Assembly: GCF_001194135.2 (NCBI RefSeq)
Contig: NC_068987.1
Location: 106,273,211-106,309,306, forward strand
Length of the DNA stretch: 36,096 nt
Source of the DNA: Octopus bimaculoides
Lineage: Eukaryota
Reading direction: 5' to 3'
Below, piece after piece: positions 1 to 13,300 of the stretch (the first letter of the stretch is position 1; each line of letters begins with the position of its first letter). A program made the position numbers and the translations under genes. The notes under the pieces are model-generated. The model did no database searches. It saw nothing but the letters and a program-made list of their open reading frames with translations, and was not told where the DNA came from.

Positions 1-31
1 ACACACACACACACACACACACATACATTTC

Positions 32-261
32 TAGCGAGCTGGCAGAAACGTTAGCACCCCGGGCGAAATGCTTAGCGGTATTTCGTCTGCCGCTACGTTC
101 TGAGTTCAAATTCCGCCGAGGTCGACTTTGCCTTTCATCCTTTCGGGGTCGATTAAATAAGTACCAGTTACGCAATGGGGTCGATATAATCGACTTAATC
201 CGTTTGTCTGTCCTTGTTTGTCCCCTCTGTGTGTAGCCCCTTGTGGGTAGTAAAGAAATAA
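32..261 (+). mobile_element. tRNA-derived SINE, family A (Deu/Nin-like central domain), near full length
   Basis: Pol III A-box-like TGGCAGAAACGTTAG (40-54) and B-box-like GAGTTCAAATTCC (102-114). The central GCCTTTCATCCTTTCGGGGTCGATTAAATAAGTACC resembles the Deu/Nin SINE domain. A second, diverged copy of the central part lies at 23080-23220. Confidence 0.85.
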
Positions 262-600
262 CTGCGTGGCACCTTAGGCAAGTGTTTTGTGTTTTCTTGT
301 ATCGCCTCGGACTGACTAAAGCCTTGTGAGTGGATTGGTAGACGGTAACTGAAAAGATCCCGTCGCATATAAATATATGTGTGTGTGTTTCTCTGTGTGT
401 TTGCACCCCCCAACATCTCTTGACAACCGATGTTGCTGTGTTTACGTCCCCGTAACGTTAGCGGTTCGGCAAAACAGACCGACAGAATAGGTACTAGTCT
501 TACACCGAATAAGTCCTAGGGTCGACTTGCTCGAGTAAAGGCGGTGCTCCAGCAAGGCCGCAATCAAATGACTGAAACAAATAGAAGAATAAAAGAATAT
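261..600 (+). mobile_element. CORE-like SINE, family B (octopus OR2-like), 5'-truncated
   Basis: Starts ACTGCGTGGCACCTTAGGCAAGTG (CORE-like CCTTRGGCAAGT), has an internal TA/TG microsatellite and a 3' AAGAAT-type tail. Colinear with the copy at 33881-34237 (shared TTGTGAGTGGATT-GGTAGACGG-AACTGAAA, TTGACAACC, GTGTTTACGTC, GTTCGGCAAAA, CAAATGACT). Confidence 0.85.
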
Positions 601-685
601 ATTTCTAAAATATAAATAAAATATGTTATATGTATAAGTTTAAACAAATATAAATATATTTTTAAATATATATATATATATATAT

Positions 686-742
<57 letters not shown>

Positions 743-1468
743 CGTATANNNNNNNNNNNNNNNNNNNNNNNNNNNNNNNNNNNNNNNNNNNNNNNNNNNN
801 NNNNNNNNNNNNNNNNNNNNNNNNNNNNNNNNNNNNNNNNNNNNNNNNNNNNNNNNNNNNNNNNNNNNNNNNNNNNNNNNNNNNNNNNNNNNNNNNNNNN
901 NNNNNNNNNNNNNNNNNNNNNNNNNNNNNNNNNNNNNNNNNNNNNNNNNNNNNNNNNNNNNNNNNNNNNNNNNNNNNNNNNNNNNNNNNNNNNNNNNNNN
1001 NNNNNNNNNNNNNNNNNNNNNNNNNNNNNNNNNNNNNNNNNNNNNNNNNNNNNNNNNNNNNNNNNNNNNNNNNNNNNNNNNNNNNNNNNNNNNNNNNNNN
1101 NNNNNNNNNNNNNNNNNNNNNNNNNNNNNNNNNNNNNNNNNNNNNNNNNNNNNNNNNNNNNNNNNNNNNNNNNNNNNNNNNNNNNNNNNNNNNNNNNNNN
1201 NNNNNNNNNNNNNNNNNNNNNNNNNNNNNNNNNNNNNNNNNNNNNNNNNNNNNNNNNNNNNNNNNNNNNNNNNNNNNNNNNNNNNNNNNNNNNNNNNNNN
1301 NNNNNNNNNNNNNNNNNNNNNNNNNNNNNNNNNNNNNNNNNNNNNNNNNNNNNNNNNNNNNNNNNNNNNNNNNNNNNNNNNNNNNNNNNNNNNNNNNNNN
1401 NNNNNNNNNNNNNNNNNNNNNNNNNNNNNNNNNNNNNNNNNNNNNNNNNNNNNNNNNNNNNNNNNNNN

Positions 1469-1513
<45 letters not shown>

Positions 1514-1515
<2 letters not shown>

Positions 1516-1637
1516 CATGTTGAGCCGTTAATCCCTACGTACTCTCTCCCGTATTTTTTTTTCGCTCTCTCCATTTTCTCCCTCTCAATACATTCTATCG
1601 AAGGACGTAGGCCCGGAGTATCAAACACTTTTCCATT
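1514..1637 (+). mobile_element. Probable decayed Penelope-like (pLTR-type) repeat fragment
   Basis: Abuts a (TA)n run. TCGAAGGACGTAGGCCCGGAGTATCAAAC...CCAGAGCGTCAAACTAA resembles, from memory, a common octopus repeat with a TGAAGAGCGTAGGCTCGAAACGT hammerhead-like core, which is degenerate here. Confidence 0.35.
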
Positions 1638-3032
1638 CTTCCAGAGCGTCAAACTAAAGTGGAAGATATCATAAAATTAAGATGCTATGGGAAAAAATAA
1701 TCCTGGGAAAAAGGAAAGAATTTGAAAACTATGATTTTTCCATTATTAGAATATCGATGGTTACCCTTAGCACATCCTAATATAATATGCACATTCTAAT
1801 ATGATAACGTCAATTTAACTGTATAACGAGATATCGCCCACATATTGTATTAACACGAAATTAATGATGAGTAAAACATTTCTAAAAAAATTGCTGTATA
1901 TTGTAAGTGGAAGTGTCGTATATGGAAGCATAAAGAGATTTAACACTCTGTATCTATTGTATTTTGGTGCTTCTTTTGGGGTTTTCAAATCAATAATTGT
2001 GCTAAGACAGGTAACAAAGAACAACAATTGATTGTTTATGAGCTGGCCTATCATGTACAAGTTCTTCAAATGACATAGAGGGCAGCAATGTTCAGAATCT
2101 CCATGTTTATATTTATATGAAGCCGTTACTTGTCATGCAGCTGTACATTATATAAAACATTTGGTAAAGTTTAGATGTAGCAATTGCTGATTTGTTAGTT
2201 TTCTTCAGGCGTTTTAGTGGACATGAATTGAGACGGTAAGAATTGTATTTCATTTCTCTGAGGTTTGTGGTATGATTATTAATATTCATTACTGTCATAG
2301 TGTTGAAAAGTTTTCATTAACGCTAGGCAGCATATTTAAAGAGAAGTTCTATTAAAAACTTTACGCTAATTGTTCAATAGAATATTGGTCCATACAAAAC
2401 CAGTAAATAAATTATGTATCTATGTACTTACATTTATCGAAAACTGTGGGTTCTACCATAAAGTTTCCCATTTCTAAGACTTCCCCTATTATTTTGCATG
2501 TGATTACTATATTTACTAAAATCTCAAACAACGCCAGTTACCAATGAGGTATTGTATACGTTCGCATGCATTCGCAATTGTAATAAAAGCGTGTATATTG
2601 TCAATATCTCAAATACTAAATTCACACACATACGCAGGTTTATGGCACACACATATGTGTGTGTACATGTTTGTTGAGTCGTTGTGTGTGAGTGTTTATG
2701 CGAGTGTGTATGTAAATAACAAGACTCAGAGAGAGTTTATTTTATGAAGCACATCAATATTTAATCAAGCAAGACACGTGATATAGTATCACATATAAGA
2801 TGTGTACGCTCATAGATACACGCACAGAGACACGCACGCACAGTCACACACACGAACAAAGGCACGCACACACACGGAGACTAACATACGCAAGAAGGCA
2901 CACATAGATTTCTGTGAATTTGGCGATGCAGACCAGACGTACATTTATAGATAGACGTAGAGATAGGCAGATATAATGAAAGGATGAAAATTGACACGAA
3001 CAGAGAGACTGACACATAGATAGACAGGCAAT

Positions 3033-3033
<1 letters not shown>

Positions 3034-3110
<77 letters not shown>
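3034..3110. repeat. (GA)n microsatellite
   Basis: Uninterrupted AG dinucleotide run. Confidence 0.98.
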
Positions 3111-3114
<4 letters not shown>

Positions 3115-3298
3115 GGGAGAAACAGAATAAGATACTATGTAGACAAATATAATACTGAAAAATAAAGGCACGTCATTATACAACCATACTTTAGAAACAA
3201 AAGTTAATTCAAGTACACAAATAAACACACACACACGCACACACCGCACACACATATGTATATAGAATATATATCCGTATGTGTGTGCGTGTATATAT

Positions 3299-3329
<31 letters not shown>

Positions 3330-3456
3330 TGACAGCAAAATAATGAATGAGAACTCAATATCATGTAAATATAGGTAAAACTGATGAAAAATGCCTAAAA
3401 TGCTCCGGTATTTGAAACTCTGAGTACTATTTTGACAACTTACTGATTGTCCTATA

Positions 3457-3505
<49 letters not shown>

Positions 3506-3507
3506 TA

Positions 3508-4020
3508 CAGGGCGGCTATAAAGAATCACATCATCCTGCAATATGTGAAATTGCTAACATTCATTTCTTTTAATCTCTTTTCACAACTGCCAATATTACT
3601 CACAAACCAATCCTCATTGGGTGGAGCAAGAAGGTGAGAGAAGGTAATGGTGTGATGAGGGATTTGGCACAATCAAATAATTGGACCATTATATTTTGAG
3701 GGCCCTGCAACATGTGATTCGTATCTGAACATGCTTGGCAACAAGATGATGGCTCGGGTGTCACAGGACAATTGAATGGGCACCACGGTCACCGGATTTA
3801 ACTCCCATGGACATTTTCTTCTGTGGCTACGTTAAATCCCTTGTTCTATTCTGAAAATATTGGTGACCAAGGATATGTTCAAAGAATTGTTGAAGCATGT
3901 GAACAAGTCGACGGCAATGAAGAGCTATTTATGAGGGTTCATCGCAATTTCAAATTCTGTATGAACATTTGTTTAGAGCTACATGGCCAACACTTTGAAC
4001 GTTTGTTATGGATTAACTAC
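3508..4020 (+). mobile_element. Decayed, internally deleted Tc1/mariner element, rosa/DD41D-like
   Basis: TA followed by TIR-like CAGGGCGG at 3506-3515. Frameshifted transposase remnants: HNCQYYSQTNPHW, KVMV**GIWHNQIIGPLYFEGPATCDSYLNML, EWAPRSPDLTPMDIFFCGYVKSLV and RIVEACEQVDGNEELFMRVHRNF...CLELHGQHFERLL, matching the rosa-type WPPRSPDLTPxDFFLWGYVK and G.HFEHLL motifs. Confidence 0.85.
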
Positions 4021-4031
4021 TTCATTATACA

Positions 4032-4064
<33 letters not shown>

Positions 4065-4613
4065 NNNNNNNNNNNNNNNNNNNNNNNNNNNNNNNNNNNN
4101 NNNNNNNNNNNNNNNNNNNNNNNNNNNNNNNATATATATATATCTTTCATACCTATTAAAGTAATATATCGAAAACGCAGTATAGGCGTGAAAACAGATG
4201 AAGGAAATACAAAACACATGACGTCTTCAAAAACATTAAATCAATCAAAATCGCTTTTAAAACAAAGTTCATAATGAACACTGAAAGGTAGCTATACTGC
4301 GCCTAAACACACGCATGAATATTCATAAGGTAAACATGTTCATATCATAAAGAAGCCAAATATGATCATGCGCATGAATAAAACTAAACGCACACACACA
4401 TTCACGCACGCACTCGCTCGCACGCGCACAGATACACGCACAGTCACAGGTGCAAAATCATACACCTTCCAAAAGATATAGACATTTAGACTCATTAATC
4501 AGCAGTTGTAGGTAAGTTACACGCTTTAAAACTCATATTTACATACATTCATGGATGTATACATGCATACACACTAACGAACACATATTTATGTATGTAT
4601 ATGTATATATGTG

Positions 4614-4714
<101 letters not shown>

Positions 4715-5239
4715 CACATATATGTATACACACACACATACTTATATACATGTTATAAGTAATAGCTTATCAAATGCGATACAAAGAAATACATTTTTAT
4801 CAAACCAAAATCTCATATACATGCCAACGAATAAATGCATGCATTCATATGTTAATGTTGTATCTATAAGTAAATGGATAGAGAGTGGCTGCCTATTTCT
4901 TTAGACTTCACATGGCACCATCTTCTTTGCCTCCTTTTTCCAGACGCGGTCCGCCATTATCGTGCGTTGTTGTCAATCGTTTTACAGCATTAACAACTAC
5001 ATACAGATATCTAGACAACAAAAATCAATCAAATGAAGGAAAAGAAGGACACATAGCTTCGTTCAGGAAATAATTATCACTGAAAAGTCTAACCTGTGTC
5101 TATTCTCATAAATCTTATCGCATGTTCTGTTGAAAGATGTCTTCAAATCACAACAGCAGACGAGCGGTTTACTGTGTCCCGCGAAATATCTCTGCCTAGT
5201 CTCACATCTTCCGCATGAACACAGACACTGTTTCATTCG

Positions 5240-5242
5240 TTT

Positions 5243-5293
<51 letters not shown>
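5240..5293. repeat. (TTTC)n microsatellite
   Basis: Tetranucleotide run seen directly. Confidence 0.95.
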
Positions 5294-5294
<1 letters not shown>

Positions 5295-5478
5295 TCGTTC
5301 TTAATTTCTTTGTTTTTCTTGTTTTTTACCCGTCTATCTGACTGTCTTTATTTCTACGTCCGTTTCATTTTCTTACATCCACACTAACACATACACCCCA
5401 TAATTATGTGTATGTATATCTGTATACATGTAGGTAATATGTAAGTATATGAACACACGCGCACACACACAAACGGAC

Positions 5479-5529
<51 letters not shown>

Positions 5530-5689
5530 CACACACACACACATATTTCATAAAAAAGATATTAAACTAAACTCACTGCCATAGAGCAATAAGAAAAAAG
5601 AGAATTTGGGGTTTTGTCAGTTTAGCATTAAAACAGAGTTAGTTCGCTTTTGCTAGCCCTCAAACTTAAGCTATTGTCCTACTTTACTA

Positions 5690-6253
5690 CGGGTGAATTG
5701 TATTAGTATGAAGAGACAGAGTGATCAATGAAAACATCTTTGCTCCTCCAGATTCAAGAAGCCCAGGGAAATCAGATCCACGATTGAAACGTTTTTCAAC
5801 AACAAGGTCATCATCCTTATTCTCTGCGTTCCGTCTGGCTAGACGGTCAGCAAGTAGTACTTTGTACAGGTTTTTAAGGAGTTCAGGAAAAAAATTCGTC
5901 ACAAAAGGCCAGAGCGCTTCCACTCGCGTTGGGTCAGCGTTACTACTCGAGTCCAGAATTCCATTCTAATAACGACAATTTGACATAGATGGCCTTCAAA
6001 ACTGTTCCTGACTCTATCTACAGTCCAGGCCTTCCCAGTGGTTTTTGGTTGTTCTCCAATTTGAATCTCAAGGACAGTCAGCTTGAAGACACTGAGAAAA
6101 TAAAGGATGGCGTGACAAAAGTCCTCGATATCTTTATTTTGAAAGACTTCCATAGGGGCTTCATGAAGTAGCTGGAGCGCTACAAGAAGTGCATTGGAAA
6201 TTTATACCTGCTATTCATGAATAAATTGCAAAACTTCTGAACTGCACCTCGTA
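5690..6253 (+). mobile_element. Decayed mariner (DD34D-type) element, 3' half with right terminal inverted repeat
   Basis: Frameshifted remnants TFFNNKVII...VPSG*TVSK*YFVQVFKEFRKKIRHKRPE and KTVPDSIYSPGLPSGFWLFSNL...DFHRGFMK*LERYKKCI (mariner HPPYSPDLAPCDFWLFPKLK and WLERYNKCI). It ends ...CAAAACTTCTGAACTGCACCTCG-TA; the reverse complement TACGAGG is the typical mariner end plus TA target site. Confidence 0.85.
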
Positions 6254-6539
6254 TAATAGAATACTGTTCACTAACGCATTCTCACCTCATTTGTCATTAG
6301 ATTCGGCCATTTTCTGCCAATCTGCACTCACTGCCTTCATAAGAAGCTTACACAGTTTCCTATGCTTGCATCAGGCATAGAACAACCATATTCTGTCAAA
6401 TATCTATTTCGGTCACAGATGAAACTTCTTTGTCACATTCAGTTAGAATTTTATTTTACAGTGCCATTAATATACCCTATATATCTATATATATATAAAA
6501 ACAAATATGTAAAGAAATATATATATACATACAACCCCC

Positions 6540-6576
<37 letters not shown>

Positions 6577-6692
6577 ATTAAAGTTTCACTAAATAAGCCG
6601 TTAGATAAAGCTGAATGTCAACATAAATCTTCCGTTGCTATTCTCAAACTAGCGCGCTCACACGCACGCACACAAACACACACATACACACA

Positions 6693-6732
<40 letters not shown>

Positions 6733-8890
6733 AACACACACACACATACTCAAACACACACACGTCTGAATGCCTGAACGTAGGCGTGTATATATCACCG
6801 ATGTAAATTTATGTTGAAGCCGAAAAGAAATAAAATCACTTTGTATTTCTTTCGCACCGAATTACACGGACAGTCCCACGTCAATGTCTCCGTCAGCATT
6901 GCAGTAAATCTGTTGGTAACATTTAACCATCATTGCTACTGTTACCAAAATACGGTATAAAATATATAAATGTATCATTATTGACTGATCGATCTGGGAA
7001 TGTTCGGAAAGAATGTAATGAAATCAATATTAAATAGTCGGTATCGATATAGGTGATCGAGAATGTAAAATTGTTGTACAAAGAGTTGAAAACTAGTAAA
7101 TAAAACAAAGAGTGAAATAGAGGTTAATAAAAACATAGACGTGATGTTGCAAGAAGAACAATTAAATTCCCGTAAAAGAACGATAAATGCCTCTCAATGT
7201 GAACTAAACTAGAATTACAATATAGCTTCCACCATCATGATGTACAGATATATTTACAGTTATTATATATGCCTGTTGTTGCGTCTGTTCCTGGTCAATA
7301 AAGATCCAGAAAACAAGAACAACGACGTTTAAAACTCAAACATTTCGACCTGTTTGTAAATAGGAGACAGAATGTGATATGATGGAAATATGACTGGTAT
7401 TCTGACCTGTCTCAACAATTATAAAATGAAGCCATAGTTATATCAACGTCATGATGCTTTATCGCTGTTTATCTCCATGATATCCCACACCAAGTAGTGG
7501 TGTAATTAAATGACTTCAAATCCTCGGTAGAAGGTATTTATGTAGGTTTTAGCTAACCAATTTGTCTATAGTGTATACAATTAAGGAGTCCATTAACAAC
7601 GTAAACAAATCCCTCATTAGCTCATGATTTTCGCTCTTACCGTCGATGTTTACCTTATTCGATCAAGTAAACACGATAAAATGCATTCCAGCCGTAATCG
7701 TTTTGTATGTTATCCAGGCTTAATGTTTCGATGACAAAGCGAGTCATTCTTTTAGGACAGTGGTGTGCGACATTTTGCTAATCTAGCAGTTCCAGTGAGC
7801 AGGTAGGGGGTCTTCATGTCGTATTATAACTGGTTGTTATTGTTATCTAGCTTCAACGCTGAGCATTGTATGTCATTTTCAGAGATTATATCTTGTTTAC
7901 ACTACACAATGTTTTCTTCTGAAGCGAAGACTGTAGGGTGCTTTGTGATGGAGAACTTGCTGCCATTTCTCGCACATTTTGTGACCATTGCCACCTAATT
8001 TCAGAAGAGTTATGGCATGTGATTTAGTTGATGTTCTTGGTGTTTTTGCTTAGCTTCAATTCAAACATAACTGATCAAATACATAATGAAAGGCATTCCA
8101 AACTCGATCATGTAATATGCGTTACAAAGGCTGCATTCATCGCTAAAGCCTTACAGATATTAGTTCTCTTATGATCCATTATGGATAAGAACCCATTTGC
8201 ACTTACAACATCCAGGGCAGAAATGAAATGTACGTAGGAACTAATAATATATACTTATGTCAATATTTTCATATATGTGTGTGTGTGTGTGTGTTCGTAC
8301 GTGTGTGTGTGTACGTATGTGTGTGTATATACATGTACGTTGACAGTGACTTCGGAATTTTGGGATGTTAAGACCATCGTCGGCATGCGACTTACTGGAA
8401 GCACGTTTTTCCACGCCGTCATGGAGATTTCCAAGAAAACTACGTAGAAAAATTGTTAATCATTCGTAGTAACAAATCATTATTCTATCTTGAAGTAGTA
8501 CGAAAACTAAAAGAAAATACAATAGAATTTTCCTCGGTAAGCCTGAAAATTACGAAGTTTTTGAGTTTTTGTTTGTTTCATAGCCAAAGTCATTCGACTG
8601 AAACGTGTATTAAAACCGTCATGAAAATCACCAAACATTGAAATTTCCCGACTTACCCGGTTAAAAATTCGATTCTCTTACAAAATAGGTATGTGTGTAA
8701 CATGTGTATAATATGTGTGCATGTGTACGTGTATGTGTATGTGTTTGAGTTTGTGTGTATGTATGCATACATATATATGTTTATAAGGATATATTCATAT
8801 ATATATATATATATATATGTATATATTATTACAGACAGTGTTGGAAAGTGCTCAAGCATTAAACCTCAGACATTAGGTATATATATTTTT

Positions 8891-9107
8891 TTCAAATTAA
8901 ATATGAGAAATCAGATAGGTTCGACAATTCAAAAACATTACAACATAAACCGAGCCAAAAGGATTACTATATTATATTTAATGCATCTCTCTAAAGTTTA
9001 CTATTGAAACAGTGCATTAAATATATTATAATACTCCTTTTGGCTCGGCTTGTATTGTAATGTTTTTGAATTGTGCAACCTATTTGATCTCTCATTTTTT
9101 AATTGAA
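8891..9107. mobile_element. Foldback / MITE-like palindromic element
   Basis: Arms of about 95 bp (8891-8985 and 9013-9107) are reverse complements with scattered mismatches (e.g. CAATTCAAAAACATTACAA/TTGTAATGTTTTTGAATTG and CCGAGCCAAAAGGA/TCCTTTTGGCTCGG), with a 27-nt spacer and TA-rich flanks. Confidence 0.75.
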
Positions 9108-9374
9108 TATATATATACATAAAGTTATATTTATATTTGACTTTTTAGATATGTCGTTAATGAGGACGAAAATGGTAACCAAATGACTGACAAATCTAAG
9201 TGAGATTAATTGACTCGTGAAATAAGTAACAAACTGACAAATTCAACAATAGGTAGTACAATTATGCTGCAGCGTTTCAGTGTTTTTACGGAACAATCTC
9301 TGAGTGACTCATTATAATAACCTGCTTCTCCATAAAAGCATATTCATCGAAGCATACCAAGCATACACTATTTA

Positions 9375-9426
9375 ATAATGTTCTTGAACGATAATGCTCC
9401 TGAACGATAATGCTCCTGAACAATAA
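9375..9426. repeat. 16-bp tandem repeat, about 3.2 copies
   Basis: ATAATGTTCTTGAACG / ATAATGCTCCTGAACG / ATAATGCTCCTGAACA / ATAA. Confidence 0.9.
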
Positions 9427-9879
9427 CGTGCAGGTCATTTGATTGCCTTCGCATGTATACTAGTTTCTCTTTCGGTTTGTAATGGCCTGATACGGTTATA
9501 GTCGAGTCTCAAGCTTGTACCCCGAAAACAAATAACTGCAATAAATTCTGTATGGAAGGTAATATTATGTGTTATGTCGTGTAACGCTGCAGATCAATCT
9601 GCCCTATTTATGACTACTACAAAATCTCGATAGAATCAGGTCATTATAAACCACAATTCAGCCGCATACTCACACATACACACTCATACACGCATACACA
9701 TGCGCACACACACACAAGATAACAAAACATATTCATGTGTATATATATATATCTATGCATACAAATGCACACGCATACGCACATGTATATATATATATAT
9801 ATATATGTGTATATATATATGTATATACACACACACACTCACATACACACCTACATACATGCATACATACATATATATG

Positions 9880-9918
<39 letters not shown>

Positions 9919-10243
9919 NNNNNNNNNNAGTAACAACAAAACTACAAAGGATTCCGCAGTACACGTGTTTCAAGCTTTACATGTGTATAATATAATATGT
10001 GTATAATTTACAATGTAAAGCTATCCTCAGCCGCAAAAGTTATTTCTCTCCCAGGAAATTATACCACCTCGGCGTTGAAGTAGGAAGAAAGGTGTGATGT
10101 AAGAGGTGAAGATCCTGTCGGTATTCTGTATAGTACTATACCTCGTATAATTCTCCACCCAGACATAATCTCTCCGGTCCTCCGAAAACATTCCATACTT
10201 TGCCACGATTCAGTGTATATATATACATCTATATTATACATGC

Positions 10244-10306
<63 letters not shown>

Positions 10307-13300
10307 TATATGCACAGCGCGTAGTAGGTCAAATTCTGTTAAGTCCGAAACTGAACATCACTTACTTCAGAGGGTGCTATACATTCTACACCTTAGGTGC
10401 TTGCTACACCTCAATTTGCTATATGTGATACAATGCAAATGACATTTACAAGCTAAGAATAATTAAAATATTACACCAAAGATATTCGCAGCATGAGATA
10501 AGAACTAAGGTCTCGAAAATACATATATATATATATATAAGTGTGCAAGCTACTTGGTAGGTATAGACATAAAATCTCTTCTGTTAGACGAATGAGAAAT
10601 GTGAATCTGTAATATAAATGGCTTTTTAGATACATTAACAGGACAAGTGATATCAAGTTGCTTTAAATGGAATTGAAACTTTACCGAAGAAACAAAAGTC
10701 GTAAAGACATACATCAGCAATACGCAAATATATAGTCAGATATGATTACATAATGCTTCCAGTGATTAATCCCGTAAAGATTGCCATGCTAGGATTTCAA
10801 ACAGCGGTTATCTCCTGCTTATTATAAGATGGCAAAAATTCCCAGTCGTTTCAGTTCATTAAGATATATTGTCTTTGGTAAAATGTTATTACCTACTCGA
10901 GGAACTTACCCTTACATTTATTCGAAGAATTCGCTAACTAGTAATTTACGTGTGCTATGACTTTTAGAGTTTGTTACCCTATATGTTGACCTTTTTCCAG
11001 ATAATGCAGCAGAGTATCGTTGCTTGAGGAGGCAAAATGCAAAGCATACACATCAGAAGGCATCTGGGACGTCTTTGCTAATTGGATATGTCGAATGGGC
11101 CAGGATTGAGTTGTGTCCTACTGTATTTCATATGTTGATATAGCTTTATCTTTCACTTTATTTCCATCTGTGTGTAATAAGGGTTGCAGTGTGATGCCGA
11201 ATGCTGCAAGATAAACAGCAATTAAATAAAGGTAGTTTTAGTGTTGGAGAATAGAACAAACGAAGGTTAGAACAAGACGAGAGAGAACGAGTGAAAGACA
11301 GAGGGATAGAGAATAAGTTTAAGATAGTTCGTGAAAATGTGAAAGACAGTCAGCGCATGAAGAAAAGAAAGAATGAGTAAAAGAGAAAGATATGGGAGAG
11401 ATGAGGAGTGGAGACGTGTGAGAATTTGTCTGATAGCAGGACAAAGACAAAGAAAGAAGGGAAAACAGTCAGAAGTGTTTTTCAATAATTACCATATTTT
11501 CAACCATTGTTCCTTGGTAAATGGAATTTACAAAATCCGTAAGTGTATGTGTGCGTGTAACAGAGAAATTTTCTCTTTTAGATAATAGGATGTGATTATT
11601 CAGTACACATATCATGCATAGTTATATACATATATTTCTCATGCTTATACGCTGAAGCACGTATGTATGCATACATACATACATACAGACATATATNNNN
11701 NNNNNNNNNNNNNNNNNNNNNNNNNNNNNNNNNNNNNNNNNNNNNNNNNNNNNNNNNNNNNNNNNNNNNNNNNNNNNNNNNNNNNNNNNNNNNNNNNNNN
11801 NNNNNNNNNNNNNNNNNNNNNNNNNNNNNNNNNNNNNNNNNNNNNNNNNNNNNNNNNNNNNNNNNNNNNNNNNNNNNNNNNNNNNNNNNNNNTATATATA
11901 TATATATATATATGTATGTATATTGTTTAATTGAGTATACTAAACATGCACTGAATATAGAACTCAGTAATGTGTATAAAGACAAAATAATATTTATATT
12001 CAATACTGAAAGCTTTAAAATTCGCTGGTACTGGATTCTTAACAAAACCTCTTTATGTACAAGGAAAATTCGATAGCGTATATATATATATTTAGGATGT
12101 GTATCTATTTACTCACCATAAATATATGTATATTCAAATCTATCTATAACTATATATATATATGGAGAGAGAAAGAGAGAGGGATGAGGAGGGAGAGATA
12201 GATAGATAGAGGAGGAGGGAGAGAGAGAGGGAGTTGTTATGTATTTCAACGAGGAAAATATCAAATACCAATAGTTTCCAGATCTAACCATCAGTGCATT
12301 GTAATATTCAGAGAGGTGTTATCGGTTACATCTACTGATACACCAAAACTTAATATGTGTTCAGCATTCAGAATTACCACTTCGGAGCTCATATACATAG
12401 GATGAGGCAAATCAGAGACACTTCAAACCATGTCTGTCATTAATGTATTCATATGGACACTAGAACTTACGGAATATCAAATCAGTTTCGTTCATATGTG
12501 GTACTTTCTAACCTCTTCCACGTTATTGCACAGATTCACTTCAGCTTTTCTTCCTTTTCTCCACATTTTACTTCTGTCTAGGCTTGTAGCCTCCAGAAGA
12601 AGAGATTACGCTTGAAATGTCAATGTCATTCTAATTTCTTACTCCACATTACGCTTTGATTTCATCTAGTCTTTCGCATGGTATTCATATGCTTAATTTT
12701 AAACTTGTATACATACATACATACATACATATATATAAATATGCATATATATATATATATANNNNNNNNNNNNNNNNNNNNNNNNNNNNNNNNNNNNNNN
12801 NNNNNNNNNNNNNNNNNNNNNNNNNNNNNNNNNNNNNNNNNNNNNNNNNNNNNNNNNNNNNNNNNNNNNNNNNNNNNNNNNNNNNNNNNNNNNNNNNNNN
12901 NNNNNNNNNNNNNNNNNNNNNNNNNNNNNNNNNNNNNNNNNNNNNNNNNNNNNNNNNNNNNNNNNNNNNNNNNNNNNNNNNNNNNNNNNNNNNNNNNNNN
13001 NNNNNNNNNNNNNNNNNNNNNNNNNNNATATATATATATATATACTTACACACACATATATATATGTAGTTTGTATGTGTGTATGTTTGTATGCATGTAT
13101 GCATCTGTCTATTTATCTCTCTATATATACACGTGTATACATACAACAGACAAATGGATTTGACCGCTGGAAAACAGCCGATGTGTAGCATTCCTTTTGT
13201 CCCCAGTCGTAAGCAGTCACATAGTCCTTAACTGATGAAGAAAACAATACCAGTTGCAAATACGTATGGATATAGATAAGATGTTTTCTGAATAGCAAAC

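Noticed and set aside
7930-8190. Weak resemblance (HCHLISEELW) to a decayed DNA-transposon protein
   Set aside because: Too short and divergent to call without a profile search.
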